64,000 bases of DNA from Staphylococcus phage pSco-10: the sequence record KX011028.1. One strand, written 5' to 3'. The translations under genes and the position numbers were made by a program. The notes below the pieces were generated by a model, which saw only the letters and a program-made list of their open reading frames with translations, searched no databases and was not told the DNA's origin. Of the stretch, positions 41,546 through 50,800 are shown piece after piece. The first letter of the stretch is position 1. Each line of letters starts with the position of its first letter.

Positions 41546-41833
41546 CCTCTATACCCTATCTTTCGATATATTTTAAAGGGAGTAGACTATACCATAATCT
41601 TAATGTGTAACTAAGACTCACTTATTATAGTCGTTGAAGCTTCCCACTCTCGTAGGCTTGCCTGCGTATCATCTATTTTACTGTACTTAGGGTTTAACCT
41701 TATACTATACTAGATATTTTTTCTGATTTCTCAACATTCAAGCTTACCCTTTCAGGTTACTTTGTAGTTATCTAGTCTTTAAGACTTTCACGCAATTTAA
41801 AGTGTTTTCTATGCTTGTCACCAAACATAGCCT
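41546..41833 (-). ncRNA. ORF-less group I intron 2 in the tail tube gene (288 nt)
   Basis: Proposed P1 is exon CCUU, a 9-nt loop, IGS GAGG. Q-like aauccgcagg, R-like uucaacgacu and S-like agucu elements are present. Terminal G. The intron begins with UAA. Paralogous to intron 1. Confidence 0.65.
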
Positions 41834-41896
41834 CTATTAGTTAAAGGTAGCTAAACTCAATTTCTTCTGTTACAATTTCATTTGTCTGCCACGTCT
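41834..41896 (-). CDS. tail tube protein exon 2 (NYNETWQTNEIVTEEIEFSYL)
   Basis: 63-nt in-frame segment between two intron-like repeats. Exon 1 ends in U and the intron ends in G. Confidence 0.6.
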
Positions 41897-42239
41897 CGTT
41901 GTAGTTCACTTATACCCTATCTCTCGATATATTTAAAGGGGTTAGACTGTCCCATGTCCCTTATTTCTAAGGTGACTACCTATTACAGTCGTTGAAGCTT
42001 CCCACTCTCGTAGGCTTGCCTGCGGATTTCCTATTGATTGAGTACTTAGGACATTAATAATGTGTCGTTAGTTATTAATGCTTTTATCTCACCATATACT
42101 ATCCAATTAATTTTTTCTGATTTCTCAACATTCACGCTTACTCTTTCAAGTTACGTTGTAGTTTAATTGGCTTTAAGGTGTTCCCGCAATTTCAGGTATT
42201 ATTCGACTATACATTACTGTATAGAAGCAACAATTATTT
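41897..42239 (-). ncRNA. ORF-less group I intron 1 in the tail tube gene (343 nt)
   Basis: Proposed P1 is exon CAAU, an 8-nt loop, IGS GUUG. P2 hairpin cuauaca/uguauag. P4 ugcggg/ccgca. P7 gacu/aguc. Terminal G. Confidence 0.65.
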
Positions 42240-42578
42240 ATTGGCACTACATCCGTGGTAACTAATAATAACTTGTTTTGTTAAGTTATCTACTACTAAA
42301 ATATCAATGATATCTTTCTTAAGAATTTCTTCACCAAGTGAAGCATATCCTAAATCTGCAAAGTTTTCTTTTTTCATACGTAAACGTTCTACTGTAATTG
42401 TACCCTCATAACGTAAGTATACGTGTTCTTGAGGCATGATAGAACCGATTTCGTATACACCAGTTGTACCATATTCACGAGTACCTGATGCTGATTGTGC
42501 TCTTCCTACCGGTTTACCTTTAATCATAAGTAGGACGGTATTACCAGTATGGACGGTTTGTTTAGCTTCTGATGCCAT
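42240..42578 (-). CDS. tail tube protein exon 1 (113 codons)
   Basis: The track ORF 42234..42578 ends 2 codons into the intron (AAA TAA). RBS TTAGGAGAG. Confidence 0.85.
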
Positions 42579-42618
42579 CTGTATTCACTCTCCTAAAGTA
42601 TTCAAATTATATTAATAG

Positions 42619-42641
42619 GAGTACCCAATCTAGGTACTCCA
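42619..42641 (-). promoter_or_regulatory. stem-loop between the sheath and tube genes
   Basis: ggaguacc/gguacucc 8-bp stem with a 7-nt loop and no U run. Possible attenuator or processing site. Confidence 0.3.
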
Positions 42642-42650
42642 TCACCTAGA

Positions 42651-44414
42651 TTAGGCTTGTAATGTTTGTTGCTTGTAAACCAAGCTAACAGAGATTTTCT
42701 TGAAGCTTCTGATTGGGTAAACTGTCATTGAAATTCTTGCTTCGTTACCTTCAACAATAACTTGTACGTCTTCAGCAGGGAAGTCTTGAATTTCATTATC
42801 ACGTTTCTTACGACCCAAGTAAGATTGGATAAAGTCTTTAATGATTGAAGCACTTGTATTGATAGTACGAGTACCAATGAATTGGTCTTCAAGTTGAACT
42901 TTAAGCTCACTTACTAAGAAGTCATTAGCTTCCCCAACAGCCATCTCAGCCTTAACTGGGTCTGACTTATCGTTGAATGTAGTTACGTCATCAACGATTC
43001 TGAAGAATGTATTAGTACGGTTACGAACAAACTCGATACTAATAATACCATTTTCATTTAATTCATCTAAATCAATTGACTCGTATACTTGGTCTAATGA
43101 ACTTACAAGTAATGGTTTGAAAGTGATTGATTCACCAATCTCTAAACCACTTGCAAGACCACCTAACGCTACAGCTACCATATAAGCAGGTACATGGTTT
43201 TTACGTCCATCATCCATAACAAAAGTACCTGAGTTAGCTACTAATGATACACGTGGATTAGATAATGATGCTTGTCTACCGAACAATTGTTCTTTAGATT
43301 CATTAAATCCTCCACCAACAATAGCTCTCATTGGTTCTCCTGCATCAGAACGTTCTTTAACGAAAGCAGATACCTCTGCATGAACTGATTGTTTAGATGA
43401 TAATGGAACAATGTAGTATCCACCTTCATGTGCAAATTTCTCTAATTTATCTGCCCATGTAGCAGGTGGTTCACCGTTAGTACCGCCTTGTAACTTAGTT
43501 AATTCGAAAGGCTCGATAGTTCTAATAGGTGAAGTAGCTGTTACTGTAGCTGATTCTTCTCCTGCTTCAACTTCTACATTGCTTGGTACTTCTCCTTCTG
43601 CATTAAGTTGCTCAAAAGATACAATACCATTAAAAGCTGTTTGTTTTTCTAAGTCACCGAAGACTGCTTTAACGTATACAGCTTTATCTTTAATGTCTAC
43701 ATCTGATGCTTTATCTAATTTACTAGATTCTAAGTTTTTATCTCCGAAAGGTGATAACTTAGCTTCAAAATCAGGTAATTGATTGATGTCTGTGATAATA
43801 GCATTAGTATAATCATAAGCACCGCTAGTTAAATCATATGACTTAACTTCTTGGTCTCCAACTTTTAATACTAAACGACTTGCTTTTTGAGTTTCTTCAT
43901 CATGTTCTACAGAGAAAGTTGCGTTAGCTTCTTCACCTGTATATTTAATTGTGAAGATATTACCGATATTATCGTAAACTTCATTGAAACGGTCATCTTG
44001 GAAAATTACTCTTAAACGTAATGAATCACTTAATGTGTTCTTTTCCAATCCTACTTGAATGTTATTAGCAACATTACCGTAGATTTGAGATGTAATTTTT
44101 AGTCCGCCAACTTCTGCTGTTGCAGGTTTAGCATCTTCAGTACGCATAGCTAAAATCTTACCTGCTGTATAGTTAGGGTTAGAACCCCATGCTAATTCAA
44201 TTGCATCAAGTAATTCTCCTGAACGGAATAAACGTTTAGCTTGTGCGTAGTTACGTAATTGATAAACTGTATTTGGTTCTCCGCCTTCTGCTGAACCGAT
44301 TAAGCAAAGTACTTTTTCACTTGAACCTGCTGAGCCACCGATACCTGAAGTATCTACTTCAATAGATGTATGAGGACGGGTAATAGGTCTTCTTGGGAAT
44401 GGTTCTACTGCCAT
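42651..44414 (-). CDS. tail sheath protein
   Basis: 587 aa. Sequence and size match the Kayvirus tail sheath. Confidence 0.9.
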   Translation of the reverse strand: MAVEPFPRRPITRPHTSIEVDTSGIGGSAGSSEKVLCLIGSAEGGEPNTVYQLRNYAQAKRLFRSGELLDAIELAWGSNPNYTAGKILAMRTEDAKPATAEVGGLKITSQIYGNVANNIQVGLEKNTLSDSLRLRVIFQDDRFNEVYDNIGNIFTIKYTGEEANATFSVEHDEETQKASRLVLKVGDQEVKSYDLTSGAYDYTNAIITDINQLPDFEAKLSPFGDKNLESSKLDKASDVDIKDKAVYVKAVFGDLEKQTAFNGIVSFEQLNAEGEVPSNVEVEAGEESATVTATSPIRTIEPFELTKLQGGTNGEPPATWADKLEKFAHEGGYYIVPLSSKQSVHAEVSAFVKERSDAGEPMRAIVGGGFNESKEQLFGRQASLSNPRVSLVANSGTFVMDDGRKNHVPAYMVAVALGGLASGLEIGESITFKPLLVSSLDQVYESIDLDELNENGIISIEFVRNRTNTFFRIVDDVTTFNDKSDPVKAEMAVGEANDFLVSELKVQLEDQFIGTRTINTSASIIKDFIQSYLGRKKRDNEIQDFPAEDVQVIVEGNEARISMTVYPIRSFKKISVSLVYKQQTLQA

Positions 44415-44440
44415 ATTTAATTCTCCTTATCTGAATGTTA

Positions 44441-44656
44441 TTATATATCTAATTTCCTACCTAGGTACTTCTCTAATGAGGGTAAGAATTCTTGCTCACT
44501 AAACAAATAATGACTACCTTCCATATAAGCTTTAAACCCTGCTACTTGTGAATCCCTCATATTAAAAAGGGTTTTTGCAGTATCAAGGAATGTATCTATA
44601 TGAACATAACCATTAAATTTAGGAGTGTTATTTTCAGGTGTCTTTTTTCTAGCCAT
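44441..44656 (-). CDS. hypothetical protein
   Basis: 71-aa ORF. Confidence 0.5.
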   Translation of the reverse strand: MARKKTPENNTPKFNGYVHIDTFLDTAKTLFNMRDSQVAGFKAYMEGSHYLFSEQEFLPSLEKYLGRKLDI

Positions 44657-44657
44657 C

Positions 44658-45494
44658 CTACTTCCAATCCTTTCTTTCTTTAAAAGTTAGTTTATTAATA
44701 TCTTGTGTAATAGTATAATCCAAGTCTAGAGAACTTGTGTACTTAATAATTGTTGGTCTCCCAAAAATCATTGAGTCACCATCTTCTATTATTGGTGCAA
44801 TATCACCAAAGGACAAATTCTGTAATTGGAATGTTTGTTGCTCTTCTATACTATCTCTCATAGATATTAAAATCATTTTTAATACAGCATCTAAACATCG
44901 TGCAACATCTACATTAAATGATAGACCTACAACTGTTACTTGTTCGTCAACTGTGAATCCTTTTACTAAACCTTTTGAATCATTTTTCTTCTCAGTAAAG
45001 ATAATGTTAGCATTATAATTCTCATAATCTTCATTAGTTTGATATCTAAATGATACTTTGTTACCTTCTACGTTAAGATTATCAAATTTTGCAAATTCAA
45101 TATCTTCTACTTTTATTAACTCTCCTATAGGTTTAGAAACAGTAAAAACTAACTTATCATCTTCTCTTATTGCTGTAGAAGATTCGACTAAGGTATCTCC
45201 TGTTGCCTCAAAGTAAGATGACTGAATACTCCCTAAAGAGTTTTTTGTCTCTTGTCCTTGACCTAACTGTATCAAGTAATGAGCTTCATAGTTATTTTTA
45301 AATTTTGGGAAGTTAAATCCTACCGTTACTTCATGTTGTGCATTTTTACCACAGAAAGCTTCTTTAAAGCTCTCTCTAGTTTGATAATCAAAGTCTTTTA
45401 AAACTTCATCTATAATATAACAATTCTCTAGCACAGTGTTAAGTCTAGGCTTTATTTCTGATAATAAATATGAATCAACTGATGTTATTGCCAT
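44658..45494 (-). CDS. virion structural protein (neck or tail-completion region)
   Basis: 278 aa, sits between the sheath and head genes. Confidence 0.55.
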   Translation of the reverse strand: MAITSVDSYLLSEIKPRLNTVLENCYIIDEVLKDFDYQTRESFKEAFCGKNAQHEVTVGFNFPKFKNNYEAHYLIQLGQGQETKNSLGSIQSSYFEATGDTLVESSTAIREDDKLVFTVSKPIGELIKVEDIEFAKFDNLNVEGNKVSFRYQTNEDYENYNANIIFTEKKNDSKGLVKGFTVDEQVTVVGLSFNVDVARCLDAVLKMILISMRDSIEEQQTFQLQNLSFGDIAPIIEDGDSMIFGRPTIIKYTSSLDLDYTITQDINKLTFKERKDWK

Positions 45495-45512
45495 TTAATA
45501 CTAACCCTCCTT

Positions 45513-46133
45513 TTAATTTAAATTTTTCATCTTCCAGTTCATTAGTTGCTTAACAGTTTTTAGAGTTGTTTTAGAGAAATTATTCTCATTAACTTTATCT
45601 CTATTAAGTATCCATGAACTAGCAGGTGATTTACTAGAAACAGTTCTAAATATAAAGTAAGAAGACTGTCTCCCTCTTTTAACTTTAGTCATGTTGTGAG
45701 TCATAGGTTCCGGTTTCATTGATGGATGACTTACATTCTTTCTACGTCCTTCTAGATAATCAGTTATCTTAGAAGCTGAACCTGTACCTTTATTTACTTT
45801 TAATTTTCTCATATCTTGATAAGTACTATTATTCATTCTACTAGTTTTAATGCGGATTGGTACAGTTAAATACCAACCTCCATCTTTACTAGTTTTCTTT
45901 TTAGATGAATGAGCAAACGCTTTTTTAAGGTCTACTACGCCTTCTTTTTCAAGTTTTTTCTCTGTTACTTGTAGATAAGTAGGCATACGTTTAATACTAG
46001 TATTCTCTACTTGCTGTGCTGTTGCTTGTAGCTTGTCAAGCACTTCTGAACGCATACCATCAATGGTTCTCTTACCTACCTGCTTATAGTTCTTATTTTT
46101 AAATAAGTTAGGTCTCTTTCCGTGAACTGGCAT
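45513..46133 (-). CDS. virion structural protein (head-tail joining region)
   Basis: 206-aa basic protein. Confidence 0.55.
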   Translation of the reverse strand: MPVHGKRPNLFKNKNYKQVGKRTIDGMRSEVLDKLQATAQQVENTSIKRMPTYLQVTEKKLEKEGVVDLKKAFAHSSKKKTSKDGGWYLTVPIRIKTSRMNNSTYQDMRKLKVNKGTGSASKITDYLEGRRKNVSHPSMKPEPMTHNMTKVKRGRQSSYFIFRTVSSKSPASSWILNRDKVNENNFSKTTLKTVKQLMNWKMKNLN

Positions 46134-47011
46134 TATTTAAATGCACCTCCGAAGAATCCACCTAAATTACTAGGATTAGATGCCGAAGCTTTAGGGTCAT
46201 CTACTTGAATTTCTAGGTCTTTTTCTATACCATCATTAACTTTATAAGGGTCTTGTAATACAATAACATCTTCCCTTTTAAGAAGTAATTTTTGGGGTAA
46301 GTTTTCAAATTTTGATTTAGGTTGATTAAATTTAGTATACTGATAACGACTTTCTTTTAATATATCTGATACTACATATCTTAAAGTCATAAGTATCTTT
46401 AATGTAACTGTATGGTTCTCATATTTTTCATTTAAATACAATCTGTTATTCTTAATTTCATAATCTTCTTCGTAGACTGTACCATCTTGAGTGGCTATAT
46501 AAGTTACTTCTTTTACATCGTAGTATAACGGTATACCTTTTCTAATTCTATCTTTATTTACAAAATAAATCATTTGCTGAGGCATTAGTACTTCAGGAAC
46601 AGTAAACCTATCTCTATAGGATATTCTCTTTTCTAATTGGGTTGTACCTATTGCAGTACCTGTATCTAATATCCCTATATCTAATTGGTTAGTTCCTTTC
46701 TCTTGAGACTGTATTGCCATTATAGTCTCTTTAGGAGGTAAATAAGCAATCCCTTTACCATGACATCTAGGACAATCTACTCTAGGATGCCCTGAGTCAG
46801 GGTTAAGGCACGGGCAGAAATATGCTTCTTCCCATAGTACTTTTATACCTCGGTCATTAATAAACCTAATCATATCAATAGTATCAAACTCTAGTCTAGT
46901 AGTATACTTAGGTTTATCTTGTTCATCTGCTTGTGTTATAGTAGTATATGTTGTTGACTTATTAATAATATTAGGGTTAGAGTTGGCTCCTATCATATAC
47001 GGTTTTTCCAT
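46133..47011 (-). CDS. virion structural protein (head-tail joining region)
   Basis: 292 aa, with a zinc-ribbon-like CPC...C..C segment. Confidence 0.55.
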   Translation of the reverse strand: MEKPYMIGANSNPNIINKSTTYTTITQADEQDKPKYTTRLEFDTIDMIRFINDRGIKVLWEEAYFCPCLNPDSGHPRVDCPRCHGKGIAYLPPKETIMAIQSQEKGTNQLDIGILDTGTAIGTTQLEKRISYRDRFTVPEVLMPQQMIYFVNKDRIRKGIPLYYDVKEVTYIATQDGTVYEEDYEIKNNRLYLNEKYENHTVTLKILMTLRYVVSDILKESRYQYTKFNQPKSKFENLPQKLLLKREDVIVLQDPYKVNDGIEKDLEIQVDDPKASASNPSNLGGFFGGAFK

Positions 47012-47024
47012 TTTCTAACCCTCC

Positions 47025-47933
47025 TTATAATCCTATCATATTATATCCAAAGTAAGCTCTTAGACCATCCAATAGTTCTTTTATATCTTCATTTATTTGA
47101 AGTATTTGAGCACTAGCTCCACCATACATAGCTGATTGAGTAGTTCCTATTGTTTCTGTAATACCGTCTACTTCTAATGTTTTATTAGCAATACCGGCAC
47201 CAATGATTAAGTTACCCCATACTTGGTATATTTCTTTCAATGCATATTTTATAACTAGCTGTTCTAACTCAGGAGGCATCTCCCAAGGTTTATTTCTTCC
47301 TGCTTTTTTACGTGGAAGCATACCTGATACATATTCTAGTCGTATCATTTGAGGTGCAAATGTTGCTCCTGATGGTGGGTATACACCTGCTAATTGAGGG
47401 TATCCATTGAATACAGCATCATATGACATTGATTGTCCTGTTTGCATAAGTGCTGTAGGGAACAATTGAACATGACCGGCTAAATGCTCTACTTTCCACC
47501 AGTTAGCAGGGTATTTATATATAGGTCTACCGTTAAATTGTAGCTGTAAGTTCTCTACCTGTAATATAGGTTTTCTGTAAGCATGTACAAACATATAGCT
47601 ATTAAACTCTGTCTCATGATAATCTCTCATCTCATATTGAGTATCAGGTAGTATAGATATATCTAATGCTCTCTCAGCTTTACCTACTGCTCTTTCTAAT
47701 ATATGATTATAAAACTCGTCACCCATAGGCTGTCCTGTATCAGGGTTTTGTACTACAATACCGAACATATAAGCTTTAACTGCATCAGGTGACCATCCAT
47801 AGTCAGCTAATGTTAAGTTATCTATCTCCCTTACATCTATATGTTTAGGGTTACCATCAGGATGATAAGGATATTCATAGTTTAATGATTTTTCATAAGG
47901 GTCTAAGTCCCCTCCAAACATTGAGTTAACCAT
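47025..47933 (-). CDS. virion structural protein (head-tail connector or adaptor)
   Basis: 302-aa ORF. Confidence 0.55.
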   Translation of the reverse strand: MVNSMFGGDLDPYEKSLNYEYPYHPDGNPKHIDVREIDNLTLADYGWSPDAVKAYMFGIVVQNPDTGQPMGDEFYNHILERAVGKAERALDISILPDTQYEMRDYHETEFNSYMFVHAYRKPILQVENLQLQFNGRPIYKYPANWWKVEHLAGHVQLFPTALMQTGQSMSYDAVFNGYPQLAGVYPPSGATFAPQMIRLEYVSGMLPRKKAGRNKPWEMPPELEQLVIKYALKEIYQVWGNLIIGAGIANKTLEVDGITETIGTTQSAMYGGASAQILQINEDIKELLDGLRAYFGYNMIGL

Positions 47934-47945
47934 TTAATTCACCCT

Positions 47946-48242
47946 TTACTTATTTTCATCTTTTTTGGCTGTTGTTTTACGTGCTGTAGATTTTCTAGTA
48001 GTGCTTGTAGATTTTCTAGTAGAGGCTTTCTTTTCCTCTTCTTTAGGTTCTTCTTCTTTACTAGTAGAAGCTGATTGTTTTCTAGTAGTTTTCTTTTCTT
48101 CTTCAAATTCAAAACCTGGAACATTTGCAAACTCTTTTTCTTGTTCCTTAGTTAATCCTTTAACTACTCCGTCTTTATCAATCTCGACTGTACCATAAAC
48201 AGTAGCCATTTTTTTATCTATTAATTTCTTATAGTATAACAT
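47946..48242 (-). CDS. small Lys/Glu-rich protein downstream of the capsid gene
   Basis: 98 aa. The overlapping ORF 47939..48130 is an alternative frame through the same low-complexity stretch. Confidence 0.5.
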   Translation of the reverse strand: MLYYKKLIDKKMATVYGTVEIDKDGVVKGLTKEQEKEFANVPGFEFEEEKKTTRKQSASTSKEEEPKEEEKKASTRKSTSTTRKSTARKTTAKKDENK

Positions 48243-48272
48243 ATTTATTGAGTCCCTTCAAGTTTATTTTAA

Positions 48273-48303
48273 TAAAAAAGGGATAAACCCTAAGTTTATC
48301 CCT
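48273..48303 (-). terminator. rho-independent terminator after the major capsid gene
   Basis: Hairpin gggauaaac/guuuauccc followed by a 7-nt U run on the minus strand. Confidence 0.7.
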
Positions 48304-48333
48304 ATTCTCTTGTATTCAGTTTTTCTTATTCTA

Positions 48334-49725
48334 TTAAACTGCGATATAACGAACGTTTTTAATACGAGCCCATTTTTTAGGAGCACGTAATGCTAATGCA
48401 CCATACCATAATACTGCAAATGTAATAGAAGCATTAATTTGAGCTAATGGTAATTTCATCATTGGAAGTAATTCGAATAAGTGAACTACTTGTGGTGACA
48501 TTTCACCAACAAATACGTCTGCTGTTTCAGGTAATGTTTCGTTCTTATCTACGAATACGATTGAACCGTCTTCTTGTGCATCTTTAACTGGTACACGTTT
48601 GATTAAGAAATATTGACCAGTTTTCTTACCTTGACGGTAAATAGAAACGAATTGTGGTTGTTGTTGGTACATAGCGTTAACATTAATTGTTAATTTAACA
48701 CCATCGTCAACGTTAGATACTGTAGCTGTTACTTCTTCAGAAGGAGCTGATTGAGCGTCATCTGAGTTAACGACTACTTTATATGATAATCCTGCACGGT
48801 CTTCTTCATCTTCAAAAGCACCTTTTTGCTTAGTTTCAACTGTAGCTGTAACTTTAGCAGGTTGTGGAGCATTTGGTAATGGTTGTAATGATTCATCTAA
48901 GATTAATTCATTTTCCATTACTGTAGAACCATGTAATTTAATGAATCCACGAGATGAGTAGAAACCATTTACACTGTAACCAGTATTAACGTTACCGCTG
49001 TTGTCTTGCATTAATTGCATTTGACGACCTAAGATTGAGTTAACGAAGTCTGCATGTACACCGATAGGCATGTAAGCATCTGTAGCTGTACCGAAGCCTT
49101 TACCGATACGTACCGCTGCCTTATTTAAGTGGCGTTCTGTTAATTGTTCACCTTTAGCGTTAATTACGTTATTTTTGTCAATTAATTTAGCTAAACCATC
49201 AAACTCTAAACCTTCACCTTCAACTTCAGAAGTTAATGAAGCGTCACCGTAGAATGAAGCCCACTCAATTGTTTTTGCAACAACTGCGATAGCATCTTCT
49301 GTAAGGATTTGTGATGGGTCAGCAATGTTATTTACTAAACCTGATGCAATTGACATGTTTTTAGTATCAGAAACGTATTTCATTGATACGGTTTTTTGAC
49401 GGATATTTGGGTCAGATACAGGTGCTACTCCGATTTCTTTAACGAAACGAGAGTGACCTACGTTACCATGACGTAAATATTGGTCGTATTTTACTACTGT
49501 AGATTGAGCAGGACGGCGTGAAATATCACGGTAGAAGATTAAGTCTTCATTAGTCCATGTTAACATTGTGATTTGGTCATCTAAAATTTCTCTACGTAAA
49601 GCTCCTGCGTCAATTTGTGTATCAGGAGTGATTCCATAACCAGTTTGGAATGACTTTACTACGTCTTCTTGGAATTGGTCAGCGTACTTTTGTTGAACGT
49701 CTGACAGGTTCTTTTCGATAGTCAT
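48334..49725 (-). CDS. major capsid protein
   Basis: 463 aa, HK97-fold type. Matches the Twort-like major capsid protein. Confidence 0.9.
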   Translation of the reverse strand: MTIEKNLSDVQQKYADQFQEDVVKSFQTGYGITPDTQIDAGALRREILDDQITMLTWTNEDLIFYRDISRRPAQSTVVKYDQYLRHGNVGHSRFVKEIGVAPVSDPNIRQKTVSMKYVSDTKNMSIASGLVNNIADPSQILTEDAIAVVAKTIEWASFYGDASLTSEVEGEGLEFDGLAKLIDKNNVINAKGEQLTERHLNKAAVRIGKGFGTATDAYMPIGVHADFVNSILGRQMQLMQDNSGNVNTGYSVNGFYSSRGFIKLHGSTVMENELILDESLQPLPNAPQPAKVTATVETKQKGAFEDEEDRAGLSYKVVVNSDDAQSAPSEEVTATVSNVDDGVKLTINVNAMYQQQPQFVSIYRQGKKTGQYFLIKRVPVKDAQEDGSIVFVDKNETLPETADVFVGEMSPQVVHLFELLPMMKLPLAQINASITFAVLWYGALALRAPKKWARIKNVRYIAV

Positions 49726-49766
49726 ATAAATTTATCACCTTTCATTTGTGTTCTTTTTATTTTATG

Positions 49767-49790
49767 TAGGGTACAGTAAAATGTACCCTA
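49767..49790 (-). promoter_or_regulatory. stem-loop in the 5' leader of the capsid gene
   Basis: uagggguaca/uguacccua 9-bp stem. The U-rich tract lies on the wrong side for a minus-strand terminator. Confidence 0.3.
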
Positions 49791-49840
49791 TTTATATTCT
49801 TTATTTACACCGTATAATATAACACAACTTTGTGCGTTAA

Positions 49841-50782
49841 TTAAATTTGTGCAAAGTCTTTTACAGTTTTAATATCTTTCTCTGATGCATTAGTAGGGTC
49901 AGTGTTGATGTTCAAGTAAGATTGATAAGCTGATTGTAAATCATGCTTAGATGCTCTAGGGTCTTTAGCTTGTGCTTTATAAGAATCCATGAACTTAGTT
50001 CTTTCTTCTTGACTTAAACCTTTGAATGTGTCATCTTCTTGTACTGCTTCAGCTTCTTCTGTTTTTGCTTCTCCAGTTTCAGCTTGTTCTTCAGCATCTA
50101 CTGACTTAGCAACATAACCTTCTACTTTTTCTTGCTCTCCATTTGTAGATGTAACTGATTTTTCTACAGCTTCATCTTCAGCTTCATCAGTGTCTAATGA
50201 TTTAGAAACATCTTCAGAACTAATATTAGAGATTTTTTCTGATAACTCATCAATTGATTTACTTACTTCATTTAAATCTTCTTTAGTAGCAAAGTTTTCT
50301 TTTTCCTTGTTTAAGTTTTCAAAAGATGTTAAGATAGATTTAAATACTGTTGTGATATCTTCATCAGAAATTGATTTAGAAGTTTTTTCCTTCTTATCTT
50401 CTTTCTTATCTTCAGTATCTTCCTCATCTTTATCTTCATCAGAATCTTTATCATCTTTTTTATTCTTACGTTTCTTGTTGTCTTTATCTTCTGTTTTAGT
50501 ATCTTTATGGTCTACAGGGTCATTAGATTCTTTAGCTGATTTCTCAACCTCTTCATCTTCTTTACCTTCAGACTCAACTTTTTCACCTTGCTCTTGTGCT
50601 TCTTTAGCATCTTCTTCAGTAACCTTTTCAGGTTCTTTAGCAGGCTCCTCAGTTGTTTCTGCTACTTGTTCTTCAGTAGCTTCTACTGTATTTTTTTCAT
50701 CTTCATCTACAGATTTAGAAACTGCCTCTTGAGCATTTAACTTATCATACTCTTCTAAAATATTTTGCATTTCTTTACTCAT
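49841..50782 (-). CDS. putative scaffolding protein (acidic, coiled coil)
   Basis: 313 aa with low-complexity D/E/K stretches, sits between the protease and capsid genes. Confidence 0.5.
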   Translation of the reverse strand: MSKEMQNILEEYDKLNAQEAVSKSVDEDEKNTVEATEEQVAETTEEPAKEPEKVTEEDAKEAQEQGEKVESEGKEDEEVEKSAKESNDPVDHKDTKTEDKDNKKRKNKKDDKDSDEDKDEEDTEDKKEDKKEKTSKSISDEDITTVFKSILTSFENLNKEKENFATKEDLNEVSKSIDELSEKISNISSEDVSKSLDTDEAEDEAVEKSVTSTNGEQEKVEGYVAKSVDAEEQAETGEAKTEEAEAVQEDDTFKGLSQEERTKFMDSYKAQAKDPRASKHDLQSAYQSYLNINTDPTNASEKDIKTVKDFAQI

Positions 50783-50800
50783 AGAATGTATTCTCCTTAC

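Noticed and set aside
41423-42233. A region with no ORF that contains two roughly 300-bp similar repeats. I considered a CRISPR array, tandem satellite repeats or tRNA genes.
   Set aside because: There are only two long dissimilar-length copies with no short spacer-repeat periodicity. No tRNA T-loop or cloverleaf motifs are present. The copies carry group I intron core elements and leave exons that restore a 142-aa reading frame.
47939-48130. A 63-aa ORF overlapping 47946..48242 in another frame.
   Set aside because: It is an alternative frame through a Lys/Glu-rich low-complexity region. The longer 98-aa frame has the proper start context.
50190-50732. A Ser-rich 180-aa plus-strand ORF.
   Set aside because: It is antisense to the acidic GAA/GAT-rich scaffold gene, with a low-complexity mirror-image composition.
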